Positions 49,261 through 62,121 of a stretch of 64,000 bases of DNA are shown here, piece after piece. The notes beneath the pieces are model-generated. The model saw only the letters and a list, made by a program, of their open reading frames with translations. It was not told where the DNA came from and ran no database searches. Each line of letters starts with the position of its first letter. The first letter of the stretch is position 1. The position numbers and the translations under genes were made by a program. This DNA comes from Tubulanus polymorphus (lineage: Eukaryota; Animalia; Nemertea): positions 16,616,110 through 16,680,109 of the forward strand of contig NC_134030.1 of NCBI RefSeq assembly GCF_964204645.1. The letters run 5' to 3'.

Positions 49261-52200
49261 AACTTGTGCTGAATCACCAAATCGCGGCAGTTGAATGTAC
49301 TAATGAGTAAAATTTAATGATGGGACATTTCTACCCCTATAGTGAAATTATTTATCGTTTTAAAGGGCGTTGGTGAATTCGTCGTTCGCGGATTAGAATG
49401 TTGTTCTGTTACCTGTTTCTAATATTTTATCGAACTGGCAGAATCATAGCTTACTTTAGCATAAATTCCAGCAGAACAACATAAATACGAATTGAACCGT
49501 CAATAATTACGTCGTATTTAGTTTTATTAGTCAGATCGTTCTTCCATCTCAATGGCAAATTTATATTTTTATTTGCAATTATTTCGGCGATTCGAACACC
49601 ACCACTAGGGTTCCTAATCCTCGTGGCCGCAGTTGGTAAGATAGCTACAAACATTTCTGAAGAAGCTTCGTCATTCTGCAAATTTCACAAGTCAATTGTT
49701 TTTTATCAAGACGCGATCACACGAAAAGTGGCGCCAACAGACTTGAATATCATATTAATAAACTGAATCGGGTTAGTTTTGTATTCATAAAACTAAAAAT
49801 TGTTTAACCAAAATTAAGTTATACTCGCTATGATTGATATCGGTTCTAAATTGAATAAACTCGTTTATATAATTTTAATGATCAATGAATCATTTGATAA
49901 TAGATGAATTTGATAAATCAAATCGAAACTATTAGATTGTTATCATTAATTATTATATGTCGATTCAATGTCTTATTTATTGTGACGATGAAAATGAAAG
50001 ATATCTTGATTTTTTCGATAGTATTGCGTTGATGTGTTTCAATGGTCTGTTCTAATGATTCTACGGGGGAAGTGTAATCTCATTACTTCCCTGATTATAC
50101 TCAGTCAAACAGTAGTAAAATATTTTTGTGTATAAGCACTTACTATGTAAGCCAATACCCTCATTAACTGGGAAAATAACGACCTGTGGGAAGTGAGGTG
50201 CCATGACCCAGATGATAAGACAGAGACTTTCATCGACAGTCTATTTGTATCTATATCAGTTCAACGATTATATTTCAAGCCGTTTGGTGCGCTGATGGGG
50301 CATTGGATGTTCGAGTTTGACCCAGGCCATACTTTCACTGAGGAGTCTAAAACTTTACGATTACACCACCATTGCTCCTCGTGAGATGTTTTTCTGAATT
50401 TCGATGGTTCCGCGTATTTCAACCGTTTCACCTCAGTCACCTATTTCATCATCATCAAATTCACGGACGGAAAGGAGGCCTGGTGGTGGCCTATTGGTGT
50501 CCGGCTCGTTTGTTGATTTGTATTGGTTTAGGTGACAGGGTTTCCATAAAAAGCTCTCTCACTTAATAATATTTCATTACAAATAATTGGTATATTTATT
50601 CATTACTAAAAGATTAAATTGTTTTAAGAGTTGATTAGTTGAATTTTATACAAATCTGATCCGTCATAATTAACAGTTTTGGCGTAGTTAATTTCATAAG
50701 TCATAAACGCTTGATTTCTAGCCATTTTGTAGAGTTTGCTACAAGGAGAAGGTTTTATTCGGTCCATAATACGAGTGTTGTTGGTGTTATTCTGAAAAGA
50801 AAAAGGAAGTGCGTGTGGCCCAAGGTGAACGTATCGGCAATCTCTATGGAGGTACCAGGATGAATCCCGCCGACATTATACCACCAGGAGCACCAATCCG
50901 CATTTACCAAAGAATAATTAATATGATGTTAGTTCAGTTAGTTGTTAAGTTAGTTTTAAAGATTAGATTAATTAATAAGATTAACAAAAATTAAGAAACA
51001 GGTAAATTTTAACAATAAACATTTGATTATTATACTTTGACATATAATTTGAATTGACAAAATTTATTTTACGAGGTAAGATATTTCTGGTCTTCCCAAC
51101 ATTTATTGAGTCTACTCTTAAAGCAGTTTATTGATGGAGCAGTGACTATGTTTTCGGTCAGGCTGTTCCATTTATTTACAACTATTTGAGAAAAAGTTGC
51201 TGTAAAGCTCCTTCTTACACCTTTGTTTTAAAAGTTTCTGACTGTTACCTCTCAACTGACGTGTACGCTTATCCCCCTCAAGTGTGGTGTTTCCATCAAT
51301 ATTCTAGTTTTCGTGCATGATGTTGAAAACCATTATCATGTCTTCCCTGGCCCTCCGGAAATACAGGGTAGGTAAATTCAGCTTCTTTAGTCTGTCCTTG
51401 TATTCTTGGTCTCGATATTTTTGGATCATCTTGGTGGCGCGTCGCTGGACTCTTTCAAGAGAATCGATATGTTTTCTAAGGTACAGATTCGAAATTGTTG
51501 CAGCATATTCAAGTATTGGGCTGACAAGACCCTTGTAAAGTAGGCAAAATGTCTTGGCATCTAAGTTCTTGAATGTTCTTTTGATGATCCCAAGCATGGT
51601 GTTGGCCTTTTTAATTGAGGTGTGTATATGGTCCTAAAAAGATAGCTTATTATCAGTCAGCACCCCAAGATCTTTTTCAACTTGTTTTACGAGAGCTGGA
51701 ATCTTTGACCGCATTTGTCAGGCATCCAGAATTCAGAAAGAAATTGCTCGTTTCCCAGATGGAGGACTATACACTTTTCGGGATGAAACTCCATCGCCAC
51801 CTTTATGACCATTCACCAAGAAGTAATATGTCATTTTGTAATAATTTGAATCTTCTGCGGTAAATCTTTGTGTCATCGGGGTACATGTTGATATTGCTGT
51901 TTACAACCAGGGGGGTGGGGAGATCATTAATGAATATTACAAATAATATCGGCCCCTGGATACTTCCTTGTGGCACACCGCACGCACTTTTCCATGCAGA
52001 GGTAACTCCATCAACCAGAACTGAATGTTTGCGGTTTTATAGAAAATCTCGTATCCAGAGAAGCAGATTACCGATGATACCACAGCCATGAACTTTAGCT
52101 ATTAATCTCTCATGGGCTACATTGTCGAAGGCTTTCTTGAAATCCAAGAATATGACATCAGTTGAAACACCCTCATCAAGGCGAGACATCCATTCTTTTA

Positions 52201-52555
52201 GTGATTGGAGCAATTGAGTGCTAGTCGACCGCCCTGGAATAAAACCATGCCGTTGTACAGGATGTTGTTGTAGATAAGATGCTCCATTACTTTATCATGA
52301 ATGATTGACTCCATCAGTTTGCATATACAGCTTCTGAAGCTGATTGGTCTGTAATTTTCTGCCATCATTTTTAGCCACTTTTATGTATTGGTTTTATATG
52401 TGCTGTTTCCAGATTACAGGTAGTCGAGATTCTTGCATGGATTTTTGGAATTAATTTGTCAGTGGTTCAGCAATAACATCAGCTGATTCTATGAGTAACC
52501 TTGGATGAATATTATCTGGGCCTTTGGTCTTGTTCGGGTTTAGGTTCTTCAGCCT

Positions 52556-55500
52556 TTTTAGCCCACTTGGGACTTAAGTCCCAGCGGGCTATTGCGTTCA
52601 CTTTTCGTCCGTCGTCCGTCCCTCCATAGACGCAATCCAGTTATTCTATGAAGTTTTGAAGACACTTCAAGGTAATGTCTTGATATTTGGTTTATACATG
52701 GGTATACCCTAGACACATCTTCAGCCCAAAAACTGGCCCTCTCAGATTCAAGATGGCTGACTAGCAGCCATTGTTGTTCGCCAAAATCAGCACTTTTTAC
52801 ACATTTTTGAAGTTTTCGAGGGAAATTTTGAAGACGCTTTGTTTAATAAATTACCTTGATTGTTCGTATATATTTGTATCCCCCAAGGGCCCATCAGCAT
52901 GAGAAAAATAGGATCGATCGGATGACTCAAGATGGCCGTCCTTTGACCTTTTTTGTGCCCAAAAATGTAAATTTTAGCCTGAATTCTGAGTCCTGTAGCT
53001 TCCTAATGGTTTGCCACTTTTCATTGCAATTTGTGATGGGTATTCATTGAAAAGAATCTCTTATACGCGAGATAGGTATATTTGATCAGGCAATTATTAC
53101 ACAATTAACGGTCATCTCAGTGTCATCAGAACTCATTCGTAGGTGCAAAAAGGTTTTTCCACATTATATTGATACTTAAGCAAATTTCGTTACCACAATC
53201 AATTGGAAAGTTGTAGCTCATGATATGGTCTATGAGCATGGTGAGTTTCAAGGTCATCGGTTTTTGTATATGGCCACCAGGGGGCGTTGAACAATACAAT
53301 AACTTAGTATTTCTATATTATATTCGTATCTATGCATATTCTGCTACCACAATCAATTGGAAAGTTGTAGCTCATGACATGGTCTATTATTGTGGTGAGT
53401 TTCAAGGACATTAGTTATTCTATATGGTCACTAGGAGCGTTGAATAGGAGAATAACTTAGTATTTCCTTATTATATTGGTACCTGGGCATGTTTTGTTTC
53501 CATGATCAATTGCGAAGTTGTAGCTCATGACATGTTCTATAATTATGGTGAGTTTTAAGGTAATTGGGCTTTGCATATGGTCACCAGGGGGCGTTGAATA
53601 GCAGAATAAGTTGGTATTTCCATATCATATTGGTAACTAGGCATATTTTGTTACCACAATCGATTACAAAATTGTAACTGCTGACATGTTCTATGATTGT
53701 GGTGTTTGGAAGACCTCAGACGACATTCGAGATATGAGATATAACATACGAGATATGAGATGCAACATACGAGATACGACATATGACATACGAGATACAA
53801 CTTATTTACTGTATGGGTGTCCGTCCGCTAGCGCCACCTCAGTCTATGTTCTTTCAATATTTACTGCATATAAATCGTTTAATACGGTGACGCGTACAGT
53901 TATCGTCAATCATACGAAAACCAACATAGTCAACATTTTATTCAAACCAGAAATATATCTCTTTTGGATAATGAAAACCTGGACCGGACACAACGATTAG
54001 GCCATACTGTGAACACCCTGGACTAGGCATAGTATTATGCTAGTTCTTGTCTTCCTTGGTCTGTAAACGGCCTGGTGTTCAGGGTCCGGGGTTTCGGTAA
54101 CTGCCTGCAGAAAAAACTGCATCGTCTCAGAAATCAAAATTCTAAAACAAACTCCGCAGCCGGAACATCCCGGCCCTCTTGTGCCCCTCCTCCGCTGTTT
54201 GACACTTCTAGTAATTTACAATTGTATCAAAGACGCCCGAGTTCTTGAATCCCAAACAACCCAGGAACGGGCCGTACATCCGTCTGCTCATTCCATATTA
54301 ATAGAACTCAAGCGTGTTCTCTCTATTGTAGGTTTCAAATCCACTAGTTAAATTCCATCCCTATTGAGCTACCAGGGCAGACTGGTCCAGTAGACCAGCC
54401 GTTGTGAGTCGAGAATAGCCAGTTTTCGTATCTTACTGCAGGACATGCAGCACTGTCTTTCTATAACTATGGGAAGGCGCGATTGCGGCAAAGTGAAATC
54501 TGAATCTTTCTTTTCTGACATCTTTCATGAAAAGGGCCAATGGCTGAATCTGAATAACTTTTAATGTAATCGGAGAATCCAATCTAAGATCATTTTCATC
54601 AATTATCATGGTCAGTTTTAAAACTGTTCATTGACAAAACCACAGGAACCACATAGTCTCCAGCATAACACAACATACCTCTTACATTCGTAAAGATAAG
54701 AGATCCATGGAAATATAAAGTAAAATATTTCTAGACAGGGAATTAGCGGACCTCCGAAACTTTGTTTGTATGGTGCGTTTGCACCCGTCGCAAAAAAACG
54801 TCGTGATTAACAAACTCAACTGGACTCTGATAGTGCCAGGATCTGGGAGTGCTTCCGTGTACCTCCATTCTGATATCTAATGAATAATATATTCAATATA
54901 TTTATGTTATCTTAGTATTTTTGATTCATATCCATGTCACTATTGGTTGAAATTCATAGTATGTACATGTACACTAAACAAATTCCCTGTATGTCGGACT
55001 TTTTTAAAAACTCTTCGGTCATCGGCATTTGTAATTTATACATACATAAGATAAAAACCCACAGTGTACAAATTAAAAGAATTTAGAATCGAGAATTTAT
55101 TTATTCAAACAATCTAAAATATAAAATACTCCACGTTTCGATCTCACCCTAGAGATCATTGTCAGGTGAATTGTCGTTTTAATTTGTACATATAGTGGGT
55201 TTTTATCTTTCCATTCACCACGTTTGAGTGTGGTTATCGTACTATACATATATCTTTCATTCTTCATCGGAATCCCTCGATCGAACGCGAAGTTTAAACC
55301 CTTGACTAGGTGCAATTCTTAGGACCACCAATTTGAAGGAGCCATGGCTAACTATGGAATTTGAGGGATTTTGTACACTCAAATATGGATTTTGGAATTT
55401 GAGGGGTTTTGAGGGATTAAGGGGCTGTAGCCCCGGCGTATTCGGAGCCCAACTCGAATCACTGGACCCTCGGTGTCTCACTCAAGAGTGGCCCAGGATT

Positions 55501-56206
55501 GCCGATGCGGGAAGCCGGGCCGTGGCAAGAATGCCAGGTGTCGATAGTTAATAGGCGTTGGAGTACTGGGGGTCTCGCTAGTCTGAATACCAGTCGTTGA
55601 ATATGGGTGTTCCCTACAACGTTGTTTGTGGAACGACGGCTAGGTACTAGACTTGGGGTCTCACACAATTTCGAAAGACAATGCGACACAGTTTCAAAAT
55701 CACCGGTGTTGACAGAGCCATCAGCGCACGACGGCCAGCCTCACACTCAGTCGACTGTCCTAGCCCGCCGGGCAGCCCACCGACGCGGCGCGTTATCCGA
55801 TTCGAAATTAAATCAAATTCCGTATACACTTCTATGATCGAAATATCATTTCGTTTTAAATGAAACGTTTTTCGCATGTTGATATAGTCAACAGGTCAAT
55901 GCTTATATATTATACGCCACCGCATGCGCACGATGCGGTATAGATGTTGAAAAACATACACTGAGGTGGAGCTATCGGACGGACACCTGTACTGTAAATG
56001 AATCGTATCTCGTATGTCATATGTCGTATCTCGTATGTTGCATCTCATATCTCGAATGTCGTCTGAGGTCTTCCATAGTGGTGAGTTTCAAGGTCATTGG
56101 ATTTTTTCAAGGTCATTGGATGGGGCACTGAATATTGAAATTGTTAGATTGTTGAGCATCTGAAACCACTTCCCACATGGGCATAGTGTCCCTGGACCCC
56201 TAGTTT
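52556..56206 (+). mobile_element. HINE family B, copy 2
   Basis: Colinear homolog of 13314-14565 with the same termini and 153-bp units. Inserted in a T-tract of the CR1. Confidence 0.88.
53705..56077. mobile_element. IS3EU-like non-autonomous DNA transposon
   Basis: TIR T(A/T)TGGAAGACCTCAGACGACATTCGAGATATGAGAT..., 6-bp TSD GTGGTG, 7/21-bp subterminal repeats. Confidence 0.75.
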
Positions 56207-56699
56207 ATATCTGCTGGATCGAAGATCATGGTTTCGAGCAGGGGAACTTCATGGGTTTCCGCTGCAGGTATAAATGTTGTGTCCTCTTGTGTGAAGGTGC
56301 TGGCAAAAAACTCATTAAATACTTTGGCCTTTGCTTCTCCTGAATCTACCGTCTTGGTGGTTCCATCAAACTTTTTTTGGGCAGTTCGGGTGGCTCGTCT
56401 CGCAATATTATTCAAACGCTGATAATTCTTGTAGTCTGATGTGTCTTTTGTGTGTAGATACTGTTTCCGTCGACTAGGTTATCGTTTCAGAGAACATTTG
56501 CGCCTTATTCGGAAAAACATAGATTGCTAAGTAACCTAGATGTAGAAGACTACTGCAAGACATCATTTCGAAACTGTTAGCAACTGAGAAAAAAATATGC
56601 ACCCAACAATACTGCAACGGTGGAAGGCAAGATCTCGCATGTGGATGAATAGCGAAACCCTAAAAATGGTCAGAGAAAAGCGTAAAGCCTGGACACAGA

Positions 56700-57110
56700 A
56701 TATGATAAGTAACAGACAAGTAATAGTTAGGTGCATTCATGTTATATTCTGTTTAGTTGTAGATATTTCGGCCATTTAGCCTTCTTCGGTACAACAACAA
56801 ACAGCTACAGTTATCAGTTACATAGACTTCCATGGAAACACATGTCCTTAGTAACGAGATATGATAAATCAGAACAAATTTAATACATTCAATTTTCACA
56901 TTTAGATAAATACATACATTTATGACCGTTTATATGTATCGTCTTCCTGATTTAAACCATATGGTTGTAGGGTTCCTAGGTTTTCAATGAGCTGGGATTC
57001 TTTAATTCTTTGTTTATGTGTGTTATCAATTGTTATTAGAGCCATTACTGCTATATCATTTGTATCATGACCGTTGGAGTTGAAATGTTTACTAATGGGA
57101 TTAGAGGGAG
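56700..57110 (-). mobile_element. Penelope-like 3' fragment (GIY-YIG C-terminus plus pLTR)
   Basis: PISKHFNSNGHDTNDIAVMAL upstream of the hammerhead on the same strand. Confidence 0.7.
56756..56795 (-). ncRNA. Minimal type I hammerhead ribozyme (Penelope-associated)
   Basis: GTTGTA-CCGAAGA-A-GGC-TAAATG-GCC-GAAA-TA-TC-TACAAC: 6-bp stem I, core with U4C, short stem II, palindromic mini stem III. Confidence 0.75.
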
Positions 57111-57499
57111 CGTTGGTATAAGCTCAATCCGATTATAAAAGCTTAAGGCAAACGATGAATCTGCGGCGGGTGAACCCTAGAAACTGGAGAATTATCAAAA
57201 GTTCTTGACGTTTAGTAAGTGCCTGTCAGTGTTGGAATCTCTTTATGTATTTCTAACATACAATATTAATATTAATGTTTTCTAAGACTGATTCGTTCAT
57301 CGTAAAACCATGCGTAATTCTTTGGAGTGGAAATTCATGTATAATTTGGCCATTAAGAATGGTCGGGATGTTTTAATTTCAAGACAATTGCAAATAAATA
57401 ATGAGTCTTTTATTTTGACGACAAAGATGTTATTACAATTGTACCTGCCTGTACTTCAAATTAGGCACCATGCCCAAATCCTGGTTTCTTCAACAGCCG

Positions 57500-58870
57500 T
57501 TAAAATTTGACACTTTTTAAGGTGCTCAACAGGCACCAGGCATGGTGCGAATGCTGCATCTGTTGTGAATGTCCACCAGAATCCGTTATCATCAAGTTTT
57601 GGCCTGCTTAGGCATTTTATTGGTGCCAATTCCTTGAAAGAATGTCAATTTCAGTGAAGTTGTGCTTGGTAGAGGCAACCAAGCCCTAGTTAAGATGGAA
57701 GAAGAAAGGAAAGGACACGCACCTGTTCATTGCATTTAATGAAGCTCATGATTTGTGATATATAGGTATGTCGTATGTGACCGTTAATTTCAACAGCATT
57801 TCTTCGACGTCAATCGTCATATTCATCAAATTCGATTTGTACATATGAACTACAGGTTTTTAATCTGCGGTTTAGTCATAACTGAAATGATGTGCTACAT
57901 AGACAAGATACGGTATGTAGAGATTTGTATTGAGATTTTCATGATAACTTACATTTTTTTTCTATAGTGATATAACATTTCTGAATCGTAGTCTGGTACC
58001 ACAGCCATATCGTAATTTTCGATCAGATCAAAAATAATTTGTCTGAAATATTATATGTCATCATTTTTATTAATATGAAATGCAAATTAGATATTTTAGA
58101 ATTCAGGTTTCTAAGAATGTTTACCCATCGAAAAACTCCTCTAAGCCGTGTAGCAGCTCATCATCCGGTGGTATTAGAGAGGCTTTCCCATACAGGTAAC
58201 AGTCGTGTTGGTGTATTATATACTCTCTGTATGTAATACCTGCTGTTATTTTATGATCTTGTTCATCCTCTACCTTTTTTTGAAATATATTGACAATTGA
58301 TAGCCAAAATTTGTTTAATTTAGAAAATAAGTTGATTATGTTCCAATTTAAGGAATTAAAAGAGCAAATACAGTAGACTCCTTGATTCGAATCCTATTGT
58401 TGAAAAAAAAATTCAGTTGATTGTAGTCAGATATTGTTGAGATCCTATGTTAGTAGTATGCTAACAGTAGGTAATAATGATCTTAGAGGTAATGGAGGAT
58501 CTTCATTCCTTAGTTTCTTGGCCGAGTTGTACAGAAGTTAGTAATACCTAGAAATAGATACATTGTGTATGCATACATGTGGTTTTATGAACAAGTTAGA
58601 AGTTTGGGAATCGTACCTGGTGCTTTTTCATCCAGCTTTTCTCTACTTTTTGATTTGCTGTGTTTATCGATTTCAGCTTATTTAAGAATGATTCAGCTGC
58701 AAACATGTTGCTATAATGTGCCGTTCCGAAAGTCTTGACTGTTTCTATTAGATGATGGTGAAGATGATAATGAATCGTCAACATCGAAGCAGGAAAATAA
58801 CGTTGAAAAATGTCCCCAGATTTGCTGCCATGTCATTTGATAAGTTGAGCCATTCATTATCTGTATTTGC
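57500..58870 (-). pseudogene. CACTA/EnSpm-like transposase C-terminal remnant
   Basis: LTIHYHLHHHLIETVKTFGTAHYSNMFAAESFLNKLK fits the TxNxHxxxHL..V..FGP...MF.FE pattern. Downstream TCSSYVQIEF. Confidence 0.6.
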
Positions 58871-59370
58871 TGAGTAGATTTCTTAAAAGACAGGGGTTGA
58901 AATGTGTACTAATAGTTTATGCAAGGTTTGGTATTTTTAGATATAATAGTTTACTTACTTTCGATTAATTTGCAATAATCTCGAACTGTCAGCCTTTGGT
59001 TGTTGCCGAGCATTCCTCTTATGCAAAATAACAATGGTCCATGTATGGCTGCCTGAAAGTTATTTGCACATTATAACTAATGATTGAAATTTATTTGGTT
59101 TATGAGGTATTCATATCAAGTAAATTTGATGTCATACCTCTATTAAATCATAAGATTTTATGTCATTGGCAAAATTAAATATGTTATTGTCGCCTCGGAA
59201 TGAACAACCAAGAGGTGCCCGAATAGATCGCCATCTTTGTTCCACTAATATCTGTATACATGATATAATACATAGCATTTGCTTATACTAGAACATGATT
59301 CTATTTGAGCCTATATACATTTCATGTAAAAAGCTATGGAATAAATCTATAAATTCACAGCTGTCACAGC

Positions 59371-59771
59371 TGTTACTATGACGCCGAGACATATGAGTCA
59401 TAATACTGCAAACGCGTAGAACATTCTAGAAGGTGTACCGGAACTCTGAATAGAGATGACGTGTCAATCGCAGACGTGTTCATTCTAGAAATCGCACCGG
59501 AACTGAATAGATGATGTAACATAACGCTTAGGATATTCTCTCTCGAAACGCAATTAGGAGTTTATAGTTTACAATTCTAAATCTAAATGTAAGTACTGTT
59601 TTTTGTAGTTATTAGGGCTACTAAATATGAAACCTTTAGATATATTTAAGTGTATTTAGTATATCTTTTAGATAGCTAGAGTTACCGCTAATATCTTTTA
59701 GATTAATAAAACGTCATACACATCAAGAAGCGATAGAGAAACTCAAGATACTCTTTCTGACTGAGGAATCA
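59371..59771 (+). mobile_element. Solo LTR (401 bp)
   Basis: TG...CA termini, 5-bp TSD ACAGC, AATAAA near 59705, duplicated ~60-bp enhancer-like block. Confidence 0.75.
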
Positions 59772-60036
59772 ACAGCAATGGATATCGAACCAATAGAAAT
59801 TGGCGCAAGAAACACCAAAAGATCAACGAAGAAACTATATAAGAATTTCAAAAACATTAAGACTACTCCACAAATACCAATGATTAAGTTTAACATTTGT
59901 TGATGTAGTTAAATATTTACCGGCAATTGAAAAAATGTTTGTAATTATAGATTGTATTTATAGAAATCAAATGATGTATTGGAAGAAACGAACGACTGAA
60001 CATACTTGTATAATGTATTGTGTAAATCTACTTGGT

Positions 60037-60360
60037 GAATTTTTATGTTCAGTCGTTTCTATTTGCATAATGAATATATAATTATGATTAGCGCATGCGC
60101 ATTAAGCAAAACCGGCCATAAATGGCCGCATGTGACGCGGATATGAATGCGTTTGAATTTTCTATGTTCAGTTGTTTCTATTTTACAGAATGAATATATA
60201 ATTATGATTAGGGCATGCGCATTAAGCAAAAGCGGACATCAATGGCCGCATGTGACGCATGTGTTGTTTCTATTTTACAGAATTTATAGAATGAATATAT
60301 AATTATGATTAACGCATGCGCATTAAGCAAAAGCGCTCCTGTATGTCTGCATGTGACGCG
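60037..60360. repeat. Three ~100-120-bp tandem units with GCATGCGCA and CATGTGAC motifs
   Basis: ATGAATATATAATTATGATTA..GCATGCGCATTAAGCAAAA...GCATGTGACGC repeated three times. Confidence 0.9.
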
Positions 60361-60506
60361 GGTATTGTAACTGGTATGATTTAGATATCAAGGAACTGAA
60401 ACGACTTATCAAAAGCAGCGAGGAATGAAAAAGGATGACGATGGTCGAAGAAATGGAAGAGGATTCTAAAATATTAACCAATTTAGTAAAAAAATATGTA
60501 TAATAA

Positions 60507-61175
60507 ATGGAACCAGAACAACCACAAACTATCAATATTACAAATAACACTGGTGTCATAAATATATACTATAAGAAGTGTTCTAAGTGTGAATTAGATA
60601 AATTAGCTTTAACAGAATTTAGTAAGCGTAAGATTAGCAAAGATGGTTTTCAATATTGCTGTAAAACTTGTTTTAAACTATATACCAAACAATATCGAGA
60701 AGATAATAGAGAAGCTTATAATGATTATATGACAGAATATATGAGAGAAAGATATCAAACAGATCTTAATTTTAGATTGAAACAATGTTTAAGGACTAGA
60801 TTAACACAATTATTCAACAAAGAAACGCATTCAGAAACACTTTCTAATTTGTTGGGTTGTACAGATAAATTTCTTGAATCATGGATTATATTTCAATTCG
60901 ATGGTCAAATGAATATAGATAATTATGGAGATAAGTTTCATATTGATCATACGTTACCAATATCTAAATTTAACATGAATGATGAATACAATAAAAAACT
61001 TATTTGGAATTGGAAAAATTTAAGACCTCTTGAAAAGAAAGAAAATCAAATCTAATCTAATAAACTAGATTTACAGTTATATTTAGAACAGTTAACAAAG
61101 GCAAAGAAATTTATTGATCAATGGAACGATGTTCCGAATAATGAACAATACGTTGAGTCTTTAATGAGTGGTTAA
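60507..61175 (+). pseudogene. Zn-finger plus HNH endonuclease (giant-virus type), premature TAA at 61053-61055
   Basis: KKCSKC...F..DG....CKTC; FRLKQCLRTRL; LLGC; NYGDKFHIDHTLPIS; NWKNLRPL..ENQI*SNK. The frame stays open to 61175. Confidence 0.8.
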
Positions 61176-61528
61176 AGATTAATATATCTCAAATAAAATA
61201 TAATAAAGAAACAATAACTTCAACTATCCATTATTTCTATTTTAATTTTTAATATTTTCTTTTACAATTCTTTTCAAAAGAGAACACTTTATATCGCAAA
61301 TAAAAAAACAATAACTAATACTAAAATTCTTTAACTGAACTAAGCTAAACATAGTTTTAATATATAATTTATTCATTATTATATATTTCATTTAATAATT
61401 TATATATCTATGTACTAGACGTACGAGTGAGAATCCAAGAATTCTTACTTTCTTACTTTCTTAGCAAGAATCTTAGATTCTTACGTACGTCTTGATTAGG
61501 ATTAGGATTTTATTTTATAAATTTATAT

Positions 61529-62121
61529 TCATAGGGAAATTGAAGCCTCAGTAATAATTTTGAACCTGTATTATTCTTTAATTTATTCATATATTCATCA
61601 TGTAACTCAGTAGGTATAATTTGATTTTCTTCTAATGATTGTTGCATAGATTTTTTATCTTTGTTATAAAATAAAACTAGAAATCTTATATTCTCCCTAA
61701 AGTCTTTAACAATTGAATTATATTTTTGATTTAAAACTCATGTTGTTATCCCGAAATGTCTCCCAGAGAAAGCTAGATAACGTAACTCACTTTCTTTCAC
61801 TTTTGAATCATGTAAATTAGCACAATCATCTATAATGAATAATGTATTTGATCCTTTATAAGTATCAATTGCTATTTTTATGAAATTATCTAAATTTTCT
61901 TTTACTGTTTTAGGATCTAATATAATAAACTTTTTTATCTTAACTATATCTCTATTACATGTTTTATTCATTTCATAAGTAGGACAGAATAATATTATAT
62001 GATCAAAATGATTCTTATCAATAGTTTCTAACAAGTCTAATATGAAATGTGTTTTACCACAGTTTGTTACTCCAGTTATTAACATATTATGTGGTTCAAA
62101 TATAAATAAATCTTTATTCAT
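61529..62121 (-). pseudogene. A32/FtsK-like packaging ATPase with an internal TGA at 61738-61740
   Basis: Walker A GVTNCGKT, Walker B FIIDD, GRHFGI. Continues in frame VLNQKYNSIVKDFRENI. Confidence 0.9.

Larger units (their letters stand above)
51085..56697 (-). mobile_element. CR1-clade LINE, split by HINE copy 2, with an inverted 5' piece
   Basis: GPDNIHPRLL, DFKKAFD, YPDDTK (51872-51883), LERVQRRATKM. It resumes at 56207-56470; the plus-strand piece 56475-56697 is upstream CR1 sequence. Confidence 0.9.

Noticed and set aside
55420-55585. Patchy resemblance to 7SL/SRP RNA
   Set aside because: The matches are short, the spacing is wrong, the conserved S-domain is missing and one match is on the opposite strand.
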